A stretch of 64,000 bases of DNA from Azolla caroliniana (lineage: Eukaryota; Plantae; Polypodiophyta). Location of the stretch: contig JBHGNT010000001.1 in NCBI GenBank assembly GCA_043228905.1, positions 28,148,001-28,212,000 on the forward strand, written 5' to 3'. The notes beneath the pieces are model-generated. The model was not told the DNA's origin, did not search any database, and saw only the letters and a program-made list of their open reading frames with translations. Positions 38,001 through 51,046 of the stretch are shown here, one piece after another. The position numbers and the translations under genes were made by a program. Positions within the stretch are counted from its first letter, which is position 1. Every line of letters begins with the position of its first letter.

Positions 38001-40792
38001 ACATTCTAATGGAAATAAAACAAGGGGGAATATTATAAACTAGCTAGTCCATTAATTGAATTATTTGATTATTAATTTAGCCATGTATGCTAGCTAGGTT
38101 GACAGTTGAATTATTTGATAATTATTGTAAATATTATTCATAACTGCATACATGGCTTTGAAAGGCATTTCTCTTACTTATCGCAAGTCTTCTTTTGACC
38201 GGGCCAACTTATTACTGTTTGAAGAATTAATAAGAACGTATTGCAGCACCATGTACGTATAATATTGACCAACTGTTGGACACTGATGACAAAGATGCCA
38301 TAGCATGGATCTAGTGTCTCTTTGCATTCTCTTGCAATGAAATGTTGTTCTGTAAATTCTTGTCTACATACGTTGCATTCACTTACAATATGAATATTTC
38401 TGGTTTCAACATTTATTTATTTACTATTTATATTTCTTTATTGAGCCTACAAAGGCACTTAACCATATCGAGACAAGAAACAGGAGAATATTACTGATAT
38501 GATTCACAATACCAGGGTGAACATAAAGGAGAAACACAGTGCATATGCGGCAATTATACTATAAAACCCAGTTTGTAACAAAAGGAAAAAACAACTGGTA
38601 GCACAGAATATAATGAGCTATTAGCATTGAGAGAAAGTAATTCCTGTTATTGGGCGCCCCAGGTGGATGATACAAAGCTCCACACGTGATCTGCAATCCG
38701 AGATTGAACAAAAATTTGAGTACTACGTTTGGAAGATACTCTAGAATACTGTACAGATGAAACATGCCCTTAGAAGTGTTCTATTTTTTGCATATAGTAA
38801 CTGTACTAATTACTGAATGTATAACTAAATCTGATTCTCTTTCTGTATGTCTCTCTCTCTCTCAGAGTTTCTCCTTTTGTTCTGATAGCTATGCACTTGG
38901 ACACACTTGAATTTTTGGGTTTTCTAAAAATAATTAGCAAGAGGAAGAGTGGGATAATTAAAGCAGGTTGATTAGATTATTTCGTTTTTGTCAGATACGA
39001 GCACAATCAGAACTAGTCAACCCTTGAGCAAAATATTGACCTCTATATTAGTTAGATGAGCTGGTAAGGTGAGATGTAGTTATTTTTGAAGGTTGGATAA
39101 TCCAGACTCCACATGATGGGCATTGCGTCAGTTTCTTTGTCTCAGAGAACAATTCAGTTAGGGTACTTTCTATTTCGAAGCTAACAGGGAAGGTTCTAGA
39201 AACCTAAAAACTTTTGATGAATGTGATCGTTAAATCTGCAATGTAGGTGTTGCAATTTTATAACATAGAATCTGTTATAAGAAGACAAGATTGTGCGTGT
39301 GTTGCATGGTGAACTGATCTTATGCTTAATAAATGAATATGCTCTCTTATATCACACACTACAGGTAAAATTAAACGCCGTATATGTTGTAAGGTTGTAG
39401 CAAGTTGCATATAAATTGCAGTTAGTTTGAAGGTTTTCTTGATTGGAAAGTTGCTTTGTAGGAGAGTACCTGTATACTAAATCAATTCCTTGAGGGCATA
39501 TTAACACTCTTTATGGAGGTAAATTTGATTGCTTAAAAATGACAAGGAATTTTTTTATGTTTTGGCTTACAGTGGCTGTGCATAAAGGCAGTGCTAAGAG
39601 GGGAAGGTCTAGAAAGGTATTTGAACACTAAAAGTATGACATTGTTGGGAGTTGAAATAAGAGTAACTTAGTAAATTTCTTTGTAGAACTCAAAAGAGGA
39701 GGATACTGAAGACTCGTTTTCTGAAGGTTCAGTGAAGGATGCTTCAAAAGGAAGGGTAAATTTCTCTTCATCTTGTGCTTTTGTACCACCAACATGTCAA
39801 TAACAACTTCATCAAATTCACAGAAGCGGGCGAAGAATCAAGGCACTGTCGGAGTGAATAAAGGTCTGTGATATTTCTTTCTGAGAATGTGACACCATTT
39901 CTCATTGATTATTAACAAAAGGTATATGGATAAAAGTGGAAAGCACAATAGATGTGCAGTAGCGATGTAAGCTGATGGATGATAGTTCTTCACTATAGGG
40001 ATTGCGTCAAGCGACAACATGTGTGATATGACAATATCTACTAAAACGCCTACCTCAAACTCCAAGATTTTGAAGGTATAGTTTTGATGTAAGAGTTTCA
40101 ATTCATGTCTACATTGCGAAGCAAAACCTTCAGGAAGTAAGTGTTGTGTAGGAAGAAACTGTCAAGCCTAAAAAGGAGGAGAAAGTGATGAAGGGTAAGC
40201 CATTCATTAACTACTGCATATAGTTTTTATTTCAGCATATTGACCTGGTATTTCATAATTTAGACAAGAAAGATGAATTCTTGTATAACTATGCATGCCA
40301 TGCAGGATCCTATAATAAGGGAAATAAAAGGTCTTCTGTATCAAGATCTGCCACAAAGCGATTGAAAATGGTATGACTGATTTTTTAAGGACTTTTATTA
40401 GTGTTACTCTACAAGGTGGTATGATAATATTTATATCCCTTGTCTGCTGAAACTTGGATTTATCTTAACATGATTGGCAATCAGCACCAGCACATGTTGA
40501 AATAAATTTCAGTATAACTAACCTGTGATTAATACATGGAGAAAAATGCATTATCTAACCATGACGCTGGCGTATTACAAAGATGCTCGCTTATCTATCT
40601 AAAATGCTGCTTGTGTAGGCTGGAAATTCTGCAGTGGAACTTTCTGATTCTACTGATGTGAGTGCTCATATGATGTGATATGTATGCTTGAATATTGCAC
40701 CTGAAAATTAATTCTGGATTGCTAATATGATGGGACATTATGACTAATAACAGGAGCCAAGTGATGATAGTGATGAAGACTGGGCTAGCTGA
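35072..40792 (+). CDS. RHL1: DNA-binding protein RHL1 (ROOT HAIRLESS 1, topoisomerase VI accessory subunit), multi-exon; the 3' low-complexity exons are approximate
   Basis: MVRA...KRLRGLSFANRLLS, DGRDIVKKTTRKSKYLFSFPGLMAP, GKLGDLSNLDSKNPVLYVEFPE|GRLKLFGTIVYPKNKYLTLHF, LCEDSFE, VVFSVAWWIGTKEQNPEEARLPLPK, FDFTSGAG, RQSARTAGK; terminal EPSDDSDEDWAS* at 40792. Confidence 0.92.
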
Positions 40793-43178
40793 GAGGATCC
40801 TAAATAATGCTTTTGTTTGGGTCAAGGGTTCAGGATGGTGTTCATTGTAAAGCCTTAGCGATCCTACTGATTATATTTGCATTGTTATCCTCTAGAACGG
40901 CATACAAAATACCACAGATAATGACCCCCAACCATGGAGGAGTAACTAAGTGTAGATGAATGCTGATATAGAAGACTTGACAATTTTTTTACAGAGGAAC
41001 TTATAAGTGAAACAAAATTGAATCCCAGGGTGAGGAGCATTTCCCTAATCCAGAGTGGACTTGCCAATAGTGGGGTTGAAGTTACATCTACAAAGATACA
41101 TACAAAGATGTTATAATCTTATCAATGCCGGATCATAATAAACATTTATATAGAAATTGAAACTTATTGTCTGGAAAAGGCAATAGTCCACTTACCTGGA
41201 CTTTATTTGTTTGTATTTCTCATCATAAAAGTTCAAAATGTATTGTATGAAGTGGGCGCTGCCATTTCTTGTTTGTTTTCATTAAAACTCTCCTTTCTTT
41301 GCAATCAGTGTACGTTTCCACAGTAACTTGTTAAGATCAGCAACCACACTTTGAGTATGGCATACGCCTTCCCAACTGGGGATAGAATTTATAGGCTCAT
41401 CACATGTTTTTATGTTGTGCTATCTAACAATTTTTACGGCAAGTTGTAGTTATAACTTATGTGGTAGTTGATAGTATTTGAGTTCTCATTATGGTATTTG
41501 AGTTTCGTGATTGACATTATTACAGATGTAGACATAAATTTGAGGGAAAATACCTTAGCATTTTGAAGGACACATTTCCACTTATGTAGGTATAAGGTCT
41601 AAGCAAAGGTGGCGTTTTCAAGCTTGCAAGCCAAAGGAACAGGCCGTATAGAAAGGAAATTAAAAAATTTGCAATTGTATATTAGAGTTGTGTATACAGA
41701 AAATGAGAATTATGAACATGCCCTCATTTTGACTTGAGATTAGAGTTCAAACCCTGATTTCAAATTGAAATATGAGTGAAATCTAAATATAGTTATGTAT
41801 GTAAAACCAAACAAGCTCTCATATTGCATGAAATGAGGATGCATGTATAAAACCATGGTAGATTGACAACGGTGTAATAAACACATGACTAGGAGTATCT
41901 TAAGCAAATTATAGTGTACGGGAGACCCAAAACCATGAGATATACGACCGATGACTGGGATTATGGCATCAAACAAGATTATACCATCTTAATTACAATT
42001 CACAAAAAGTTTTTTATCTTCAGCAAGTAATCTGTGAAGCCTTGGGGATATACAAAGAATAAATATACAACGTTGAACCACTTCTTTTGATGGAAGGTTG
42101 TGCTTGATTTTATTGCTTAACGTGTGCTCTCTTGGACAAGCTTCAGAGTGCAAGTGGAGTACAATAGACCTTTGGCCAGATGGAGATTCTAAGTACGAAC
42201 GTGTGGACCATGTTGCAAAGTGGAATTGGCATACATGATGTTGTCGTTATGTATTTATTTCTCTTGCTCCAGTTATATGATAAACCCCCAAAGATACTAA
42301 CACAGTGGACGAGTAGATCTAAGATGTCCTCATGGATCATCTCACGGATCATTATCGGTCTACACATCTCATATCTAACTATCCAACTTGAACTGCTATC
42401 ATGTTGCCTACACAATGAAACCATTCGATCTGAAAACACACACACAAATATGAAAGGGTGTGAGTGTGCATCCATCTTTCCTCAGCAATACCATGCACAA
42501 AATCAGATGTTGACACACAAGGATTGAACAATTGCCTTATGAAAGCCAACACGAGAAGGTTTTCCACATTACAAACGATTGATACAAGTTTTGTAAAATA
42601 TAAATTATGAATCAACATTTATGGATTTACAGAACCACCAAAAAATATGTTAAGGTCTTCAGAAGCTCCTAATAATTACATACAAAAAAAATTAACAAAC
42701 ATACCGATAGAGTACAATAATTAGGATATTCTTGAATCTTAGGTAGTCAAACTAGAGGCTAATTTAATATAACAATTATACTAATAAGAGAACGTGCAAA
42801 ATGAACTAGTTTCGAGAATGAGAAGCATTGATTATAGTTCTAATTAGATCAAAGGCAAATTTAATCACCTAGCAAAATTAATATTAATTACAAGCAACTT
42901 TGACCAGATGCTACAGTTATCAGTATATTACATATATGGTACGTAGATCACGTGGAAAGTGGTGGCCATGTGTGCGATTTAAATTAGATGAGGTGGATCA
43001 AGCTACAATAAGCTCAAAATTTATCCAATCTCCTATAATGACGTGCTGCCTAATCTATGTTATTTTTTACACAATAAGGAGCCTCTTAACTGCAGACCAA
43101 GCCAAAAAGAGATGCAATATATCCGGGGAAGTGAGAGATATGTACATATGTACATATACGTTTGTAGTTTCCATGATT

Positions 43179-46100
43179 TCATACAAGAACCTCGTTGAAA
43201 TGCACAATGTAGCAGGGAAGAAGCTGGTCCCCTTTCCTGAGGACGAAAATGTCCTTGGTTGCACCAAAATTGTGATGAACATCCTTTGATCCACATACAG
43301 CACGAGACAAAAGCATCATCCCACTTGTCTTAGCATACTGCATGGCTGTCTCTGGATTCGCAGCCACATACACGCCCTTCCCATAAACGCATCCGGTTTT
43401 CATTGTCACTTCTTCACCGCCCACTTTGAACCCTTCTCTTATAATCTTGTCTATGGCCTCCTTGCTAGTCCCATGAAACAAAAGCCTCTCAGTTACTTCC
43501 GCGCCGCTTTGACCAATCTCTTTCTTCCTCGCCTCGTACTTTTGTTCGAGAATAGAAGACCTTGTGTACTCCACCTCCTTGATCTGAGTTAGACAGGGAC
43601 AATTACATGCACCCAGAAAAAAACACACAAAATATTATCTACTCCCAAATTTTCAGAAAAAACGTACTAGAATACTCCTATGTTTGCAGCAGCAGGGTTA
43701 AGTTTTTGAACTGCAAAGGGTTAATTTTTACGCCATTTTAAACTGATTCCACATTACCATATTCTTTCCTCCATGGAGACTGCACATTCTGAGAAATTGT
43801 GATTCAGCAAATCGGTAATGCACCTCATCAGCAGTGAAGCCACTAAACCCCGAGGATGAAGATGCATTTAGCATTCGCCTTTCGAAGTCTACATTAGATT
43901 CACTAAGCCCCAATGTCTGTACTTCGAGATCACCACATTTCAAGTTGTCATAGTGCACAATGTATCTTGGTATAGCTTGTCTTCGATCATAGACAATATA
44001 CTCATCATACTGGGTTCCTTGAGTGCCTCTGCTGTTTCTCATGGAGAAGACCGAATCGTATCCTTGTTTCCTCACTGTTGCAAGATTAAGATCTTGCTTA
44101 GCTGTCTTTAAGCTGCAGAGACAATAAATGTTTCAATGGAAATGAGAGTTCTCTTCACATGACAGTTTTTTGAGCTATGTATTTCACTATGTTCAGATAT
44201 GTTCACTTTGTTTACCTCCAGGGTGTGCCAAGCAATACTTCACACAGCAAGAGCTTATTCGAACCCTTTGTATATAAGCTTTGTGCACTCTTGGATGAGT
44301 CTGTCGCGAAGTAACACCCCTGCAGGAAGAGTGAATCTGCAGGTTTAATTATCTAAGTTTCTGGTCTTTCTAATCAGGCTCAGCTATTACATTATAGTTT
44401 TTACCACGAGTTTTATACAGCTAGTTGATATGAAAATAGATGCAGATGCTAGATTCATCTAAAAATCTCCCAACATTTATCAAATAACTTTGTTACATAT
44501 GGTTCAAATCATTTTGATGATCCTCGAACACATGCCTTTATCTTGCTGAGATTCCAATAGGCCATATCTTCAGACTTTGAGTTAACAAATAGAGGTCAAG
44601 AAAGAAAGAGAATACAAACCTCATTATGCGTTAAGCAGCTTTAAAAATAAGAGGCAGACACTGAATGTCCAAGTCATTCATTTGAACCTCGGATCTTACC
44701 TGGCCGAACATGTTATTTGCTTCGGCAGGGGGCAGTCGAAATCCATTATGAGTGATGCCCTTAACCCCCTCATCGCTGGTTCCGTGGAAGAGGAGCTGTG
44801 TTGGTGCTGTTGGATCTATCAGCTCTTTCTGTGCTTTGAGGAATGCCAATTCCAGTTTTATATTTGTAACTTTCTCTACTCTCCTTACGATGGGAAGAGT
44901 TTTATGATCTGGTTGAATGAATTTTTCTGTTCGGTCTTTGACCTGCCATTTCACAAATCTAAACAAGCATTAGACTGCCATGTAATTTATTATTTTAAAA
45001 TTTGAAGGGAAGAAGACGTCTGACTGACCATGCAGTACTCAGCTGCGGTTTCACCTTCAGGTAAGAGTTCTTTAAAGAATGGGCCATCAGCATTCTCCTT
45101 TCCAAGGTTTTGTATCTCAATGTCAATGGTTTTCATCTTCTCTTCTAGTTTTTTCCTTTGAAGCTCTTTCTCTTTCATTTCTAGAATTTTTTTTATATCA
45201 TCACATTTCTGGCAAACCTTGGAAATACATTCCATGCCACACGGTAAAGTACAAGGATGACCACATGCCAATGTCTTGCTACATGGGTATTTGCATACGA
45301 GAACGCTTGATTTATTCTCTGTTTCTTCCCAACATTTGCAATTGATTGAATGACCGCATCCTTCAAGTGTTAGCCATACCATCTCATCACACCTCATGCT
45401 GTCATCTGCTACTGAGCAGATCTTGGTTGTAGAATGCTGGCATCTCTTAAAAGTAAAGCGTACAATCTCTTTACAAGGAGGGTGGGCTCTACCGTGACAT
45501 AGGGCTTTGCAATAATGGAGGCATGCTAATTCAGAATTACATGGTCTTTTGCATACCGCAGTAGTTGAAAACGTATGTGCATCATTATGGTGCAATTGAA
45601 TTAAGGGATCATCAGGATGTCGGGGACAAGTTAGAAATATTGTTTCTCCCAGCAAGTTTTGTTTCCGGAAACATTCATCAATAAGTTTTCTCCAGTCTTG
45701 TGACCCATGGGACAATGTCTTTGCATTCCCACATATATAGAAACCACTTCTAGCTCTAGATACTGCAACACATAGTCTATTGGCTTCTTTCAGATAGCCA
45801 ATATCACCGTTTGCATTAGATCGGACCGTTGATACAATGATAATGCGATTTTCTGATCCCTACAAAGATACTACACTGAATAAGAGCCCTTCATCTTCTC
45901 ATATTTCTATCCAAAAGGGTTCCTCATATCATGGGCCATGATGGTTAGTAATTTCACTCAATAATACCTGAAAACAATCAATGGTTTGTACATTGATAGC
46001 TGACTCTCCCTTACCAAGCGCAGGCAACATTCTTCTCAGAAGAGTGACCTAGATGAAGAAGTAAAAGAACGTAAGGATCCAAGAAAACCTTGATGGTATT

Positions 46101-49100
46101 CTTTACTCTATGCCCGGTGCATTTCATAACGATAAACCAACTCACGTATCAGCATTTCTCATCCTTAACTGTGAGATTGAATGGAAAAGAATGCCATGAA
46201 CTAATCCTATAGAAGTATACAGGAAGCTTGATAACTCTTTGTTTACTAAACACCACAACGGAAACAAATCACTACAATACATGGGGACACTCCTATACCT
46301 GTCCATTGTATGCATGGAGAAAGGAGATGTATGAATACCTGTCCATTATATGCACAAATTACAGAAATCTCCTCGTGCCTGATTCCTTCTGATAATAACC
46401 ATTTTGACAATGCAACAACCATGTGTGCTTCATGCTCGTTGGCAGGACTGCGTCCTTGTTTTTCTACACGCGCATGATCCCAGAAGTACATTGCAGAATT
46501 CATGCATCCTGCTGGTTGATTTCTTTGGCCATTTACCGCCTTTACATTGGACTTGAGGTTTGGATACATTGGCAAGACCATGCCCAGAAATTCCTCTCTC
46601 ATCCGAGATTGAAGACTCAATGCTTGGTATGGCAAATTGTTTACCACAAGTCTCTCCAGCATCGAAATCCCAAGATTATGGCTGAAAGTTTAGTGCACAT
46701 ACATGCATAAGAATTGCGTGAAAAGAAACAAAAAACTGTGCTCAATGTTTATGGTTGATAAAAGGTTACGGAATAACTTTTTCGCAAGAGCATAACAGTT
46801 GACCGATGGCCGGAGTTGTTTATGATCCCCAACAAGTATAAGATGCTCGACATTTGGATAAAGGACTCCCATTATTTGAGGCTCTAGAATTTCTCCAGAT
46901 TCCTCAACTAGTATAATCGATGGAGTAACAGCCGCTAGAATATCTTCGTGAATTGCGGCACCCTGTGATTATTTCCACCATCAGCTTTCACTGTTTCATT
47001 GTCAGATTCCAGAAAGAAAACCACCAGAAAACAGCTATGGGCTTAAAGCATCAGAAATAACAAACAGATGGGAAAAAACTGAAGTTACAGCTCTAATCTC
47101 CAATTCCAGTCAATGGTTTTCATGCCTCATCTCTATAGTCTAAGATAAAATATACTATACATTCATTACAACCAATGCAATCAGGTTCATACCGCTCGTA
47201 ACCAATACAAATTTATATAATCTGGATACGCTTATATATACAAAATATAGCTACTTCATCTACCCTGAGTTAACTTACAGTTGTGGTCATTCCAATGATC
47301 TTTGCGTTTTTCAAAATGGCAACTTTTTTTCGCTTGTTGATTTCTGTATTCTCAATGCACATCTGATCATACTCTGCTTTTAAGCTTGCTAACTTTTTGA
47401 CATTCTCTTCAAGGTCTCTTCTCATTATCACGAGCATCAGCATACATCGCTGTTCTTCTGAGAGCTTCCATGGGTCTGCCTCAAGAAGCCAAGTATACCC
47501 AGTTGCATCAAACTACAGTAAAAAGACAGAACTTCAGCATGTTTATCATCACAAAGACTGTTTTGGATACGCTACTTGAGTATGTACATACATTAATCAG
47601 TGAAAACCCTTGCATGGTTTCTTTCTTGTGAGGGTCTTGGAAACTCCACATATTGTTAAGAAAATCCTGACGCTTTCCTGACTCTTTTTGGTAGACTTCA
47701 TCAACAAAATCCTCAGGATCTTCGTCATTTTCATCATTTCCTGAGGTTTCCCTTTCCTTCTCCATGGACATTTCCAATACTGCTGCAGCTTTTGAAAAAG
47801 GGGTTGTCTGAATGGATGATAAGCAAGCTTGAACAGCACGAAACACACTCTGCCGTGGCATCCATTCTTTAAGACGCTTTGAGAATTCTTTCGTCCTTTT
47901 ATCTGTGTCTACAGTTATCTCCATCTCACCAACATTTCCTCCATTTGCGAATACAAGTTTATGCAGAAACCCTCGAAACGATGGGTTTGAGATTATGGTC
48001 TCCATACTAAGACTTTGACATTTGTACAATTGGATCAGAGCTTCTCCACATTGACTTTCCAGATCTTGCAACATGTCGCAATTCAATTTTTCATCAGATG
48101 AGAACCGGTTTAGCTTGAAGCCAGCCATTATACAACTTTTACTCCCTCCCCCAACCCGCACAAGCTCACCAGGGTCGCCACAAAACTGTATACACGATTC
48201 TAACAATGCATCCAAAGCTAAGTTCTTGTATGTCATTATCAATATCGGTTTATTTTGACGTGTGTTGGCAGAAAGAAGGAGCTGAATGATTTTTACTGAG
48301 AGAAATGATTTTCCTGCTCAAAAGGAATTCATTGTGAGAGGAATCAGAAACATCCTTGTTCAGATCGTTTGAACTGGAAATGTGCTACCACAATAAAATA
48401 GTTTGTTTACAGCTTTCTAACCAGCATGCAGGATAAGACACATACGTTATGAGGTACCCATAGCAAACATTGATGGGGTGGTTTGAACCTATAGCGTCAA
48501 TATGGACTACTCTGCATACTACTCTCCAACTAAATGTAGTATCAGTGGAGAATAGGGTTCATGTTACCCCATTTAGCTAGATGGAAGTTAAGGTAGAATA
48601 CAAGATTCCTGTTTAGGGAGAACCTGCAATGATCAGTGGCTCATTCTTGAGAGAACGTGGTCTATAGCAGAGTGAAATGGACGAAACATATGGTCTACAG
48701 CACGCTCTTCGAAGGATATGTTATTAAATATGATGAGAGTTAAAAACTCTCAGGAGTAATTTACATACTCCTTCTGAAGAAAATGTGTTATTAACTTGAC
48801 ATATCATTGGACATCATTTTAATCACCGCAAGCTGACACTGGAGCACAGAATCCATGGAAGTATCAAATTGGGAATGGATATTATGGAAGCACAGATTGC
48901 ATACTACTGCTGTCCACAACTCAAACTTGACTGGTTAATTACTCAACTGACCTGTTCCAGGAGGACCCTGAATCATTGCAAGCCGATTCTCGAGAACATG
49001 ATTAATTGCATCAATTTGGGTAGGGTCTAGAGTTGTTGTAAATCCACTCAAAGACTTCACTTTGAGCTCATCAACTCCAGCTAAGAAATTGCCAAAGGTA

Positions 49101-51046
49101 TTGCTTCCACCAGACTGAGTAGCATGTAAACAACCCCAATCCAAGATAGTAGAGCTGTTTAAGTATCCGGGGGGCTTTCCGGGTGATTTCGCATGCACAA
49201 GCTCTTCTTGAAAGGGCATTGTTTTTGGATCCAAATTTTGTAGTGACTTCATCACTGGCGCATAGGCTCTATAATAAGCTGGAGATTCCGCTACTACTAG
49301 ACTTTCAGCATGTAGGATGCGAGCCCATGATCCCAAGCTTTGTGACTCATCATTGGCAGGAAAACCCGGAGAGGAATCCAACACATCTATGAACAAGTTC
49401 ATCTGCTTCATGGAGTCTTGTTCGCATGTTTCAGCCGTAGCCCAAATAGGGTTAAGGAAGCTTCCACCAGAGACACATATACACAAGAGGCTTCCAGGGA
49501 GGGGAGCTTTAGGAGATGTCTTGTTTGCTTTCTTCCGGTTAAGTAAGAGCCCAAAAGTTATCCCTGGCAACGTCTTACCAAAATGTACTCCGATCACTGA
49601 GACGCCGGACCAGACGACCATATCTCTATTGTTTAGCTTACCTTTGACAAAATCCGATATACCTTTCTTTAGTGCTGCAAAAGCATCCTCCTTTAGAAGC
49701 CGAAAATATGTCTCGATGTAATCCTCTGTTCTCTCGTAGCCCCCGATGAGCTTTGCAACTGGTAGCCTCACGTTACGAGACAAAACAGATGCCATCTCGG
49801 ACATTAGTGGAACCAAAGGAGACTTTCTCCAAGTGATGAGACTGGGATCATCCGTCTCAGCTCTTTTGGAGTCGGCCAAAACAGCAATAACCTGCAGAGT
49901 GAAATTGGAGTTGTTTGCGTTGTGATCTCCACCGATAACTGATTGTGCGGTTTCTAGGTTTTGGATAACATCGAACAGATACGGCAACTCTTGGGGAAGC
50001 ACTTTGAGTGTGGCTAGCACAAACGCTTTGATGGATTGGATGAGGGAATGGAGAGGTTTTCCCCACGCGGACTCTACCTTGGATCTCTTGTCTGCGATGT
50101 GGTGGCTCTGGGAGAGCTTCTCCAGGTGCCCAAACTCGGCCGGTGGGATGGAATGAGGAGGTTCAATAATGTCTGACAGTACATTACATATGGCAGACAA
50201 GAAGACACTGGGGCTCCGAGTGAAAATGGAGACAAATTCCTTCACTTTGGGAGAGGAACGCAGAGAGCTCTGTGATGTCGTGCAAGGCTCCTCCAAGATA
50301 GAGATGGCGACCTTGAGCAGTTGCAGAGTATGGCGGAGGTGATTGGATGGGTGAGAAAGGAGGAGGCGGAGGGGTGCAGGTGCCAGAGTGAGCTCTCGCA
50401 GGACCATTGCCTTCCGATGAGGTGAAGCAGCAGGGGCCATTGGATCTTTTTCTTCTTCTTCTTCATCATCATCATCATCATCATCTTCATTTTCATCTTC
50501 ATCTTGGGGATGCTTCAGGCACAGGGAGAGGAGGCGTTGAAGGTAGTCGGACATATCAGCGGCGCTTCTGGAGGAGCAGGCGACAAGGCGGGTGTACTGA
50601 GCTCGTGGCTTCCCAGGGATCATTCCGCCGCCGCCGCCGCCGCCATGTGTCATGAATTGGAGGGTGTCTCCGACTCGAAGGGTGATGAGGCCCGTGTGGC
50701 AGCTACTACTACTACTCCTACTCCTACTCCTAATGTCCATGTCCATGTCCAGAAGTAGATCCACGGGAGGCAATCGGAAGTAGACCCCGGCGTTGTTGTT
50801 CTGATCATTCCTGCTACTAATGCTGTCAGCAGGAGGAGGAGGAAGTTGTTCAGAGATCCGAGGAGGCGTTTGGATTGAGGGTGACAAGAGTCGTAAGAAG
50901 CCATAGCCATCGTCTGGGTTGAGGTGGCTTATTTGTCCTCTCTGCAATGCTGATGGTGATGGTGATGGTGATGGTAATCGTAATCGTGATGGTGATGGTG
51001 ATGGTGATGGTGGAGCAGAATTCTTCTTCCACGCACTCATACTCAT
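43179..51046 (-). CDS. ZNFX1: ZNFX1-like SF1 RNA helicase with N-terminal cold-shock-like domain, NF-X1 zinc fingers, coiled coil and two C-terminal PARP-like ADP-ribosyltransferase domains; 11 exons, about 1865 aa
   Basis: Exons 51046-48952, 48313-47592, 47512-47279, 46962-46778, 46681-46339, 46048-45968, 45859-45029, 44942-44700, 44319-44216, 44112-43758 and 43583-43179, all GT-AG and phase-consistent (5598 nt). ZNFX1 signatures YIETYFRLLKED and ESPAYYRAYAPVMKSLQ; helicase motifs GPPGTGKS, TYKNLALD, IIGMTTTGA, VEESGE, LVGDHKQLRP, TIDCFQGSE and NRLCVAVSRAR; CPRHPD plus LACGHPCTLPC fingers; two LFHGT...GxY ART cores. The symbol indicates family, not proven orthology. Confidence 0.9.
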
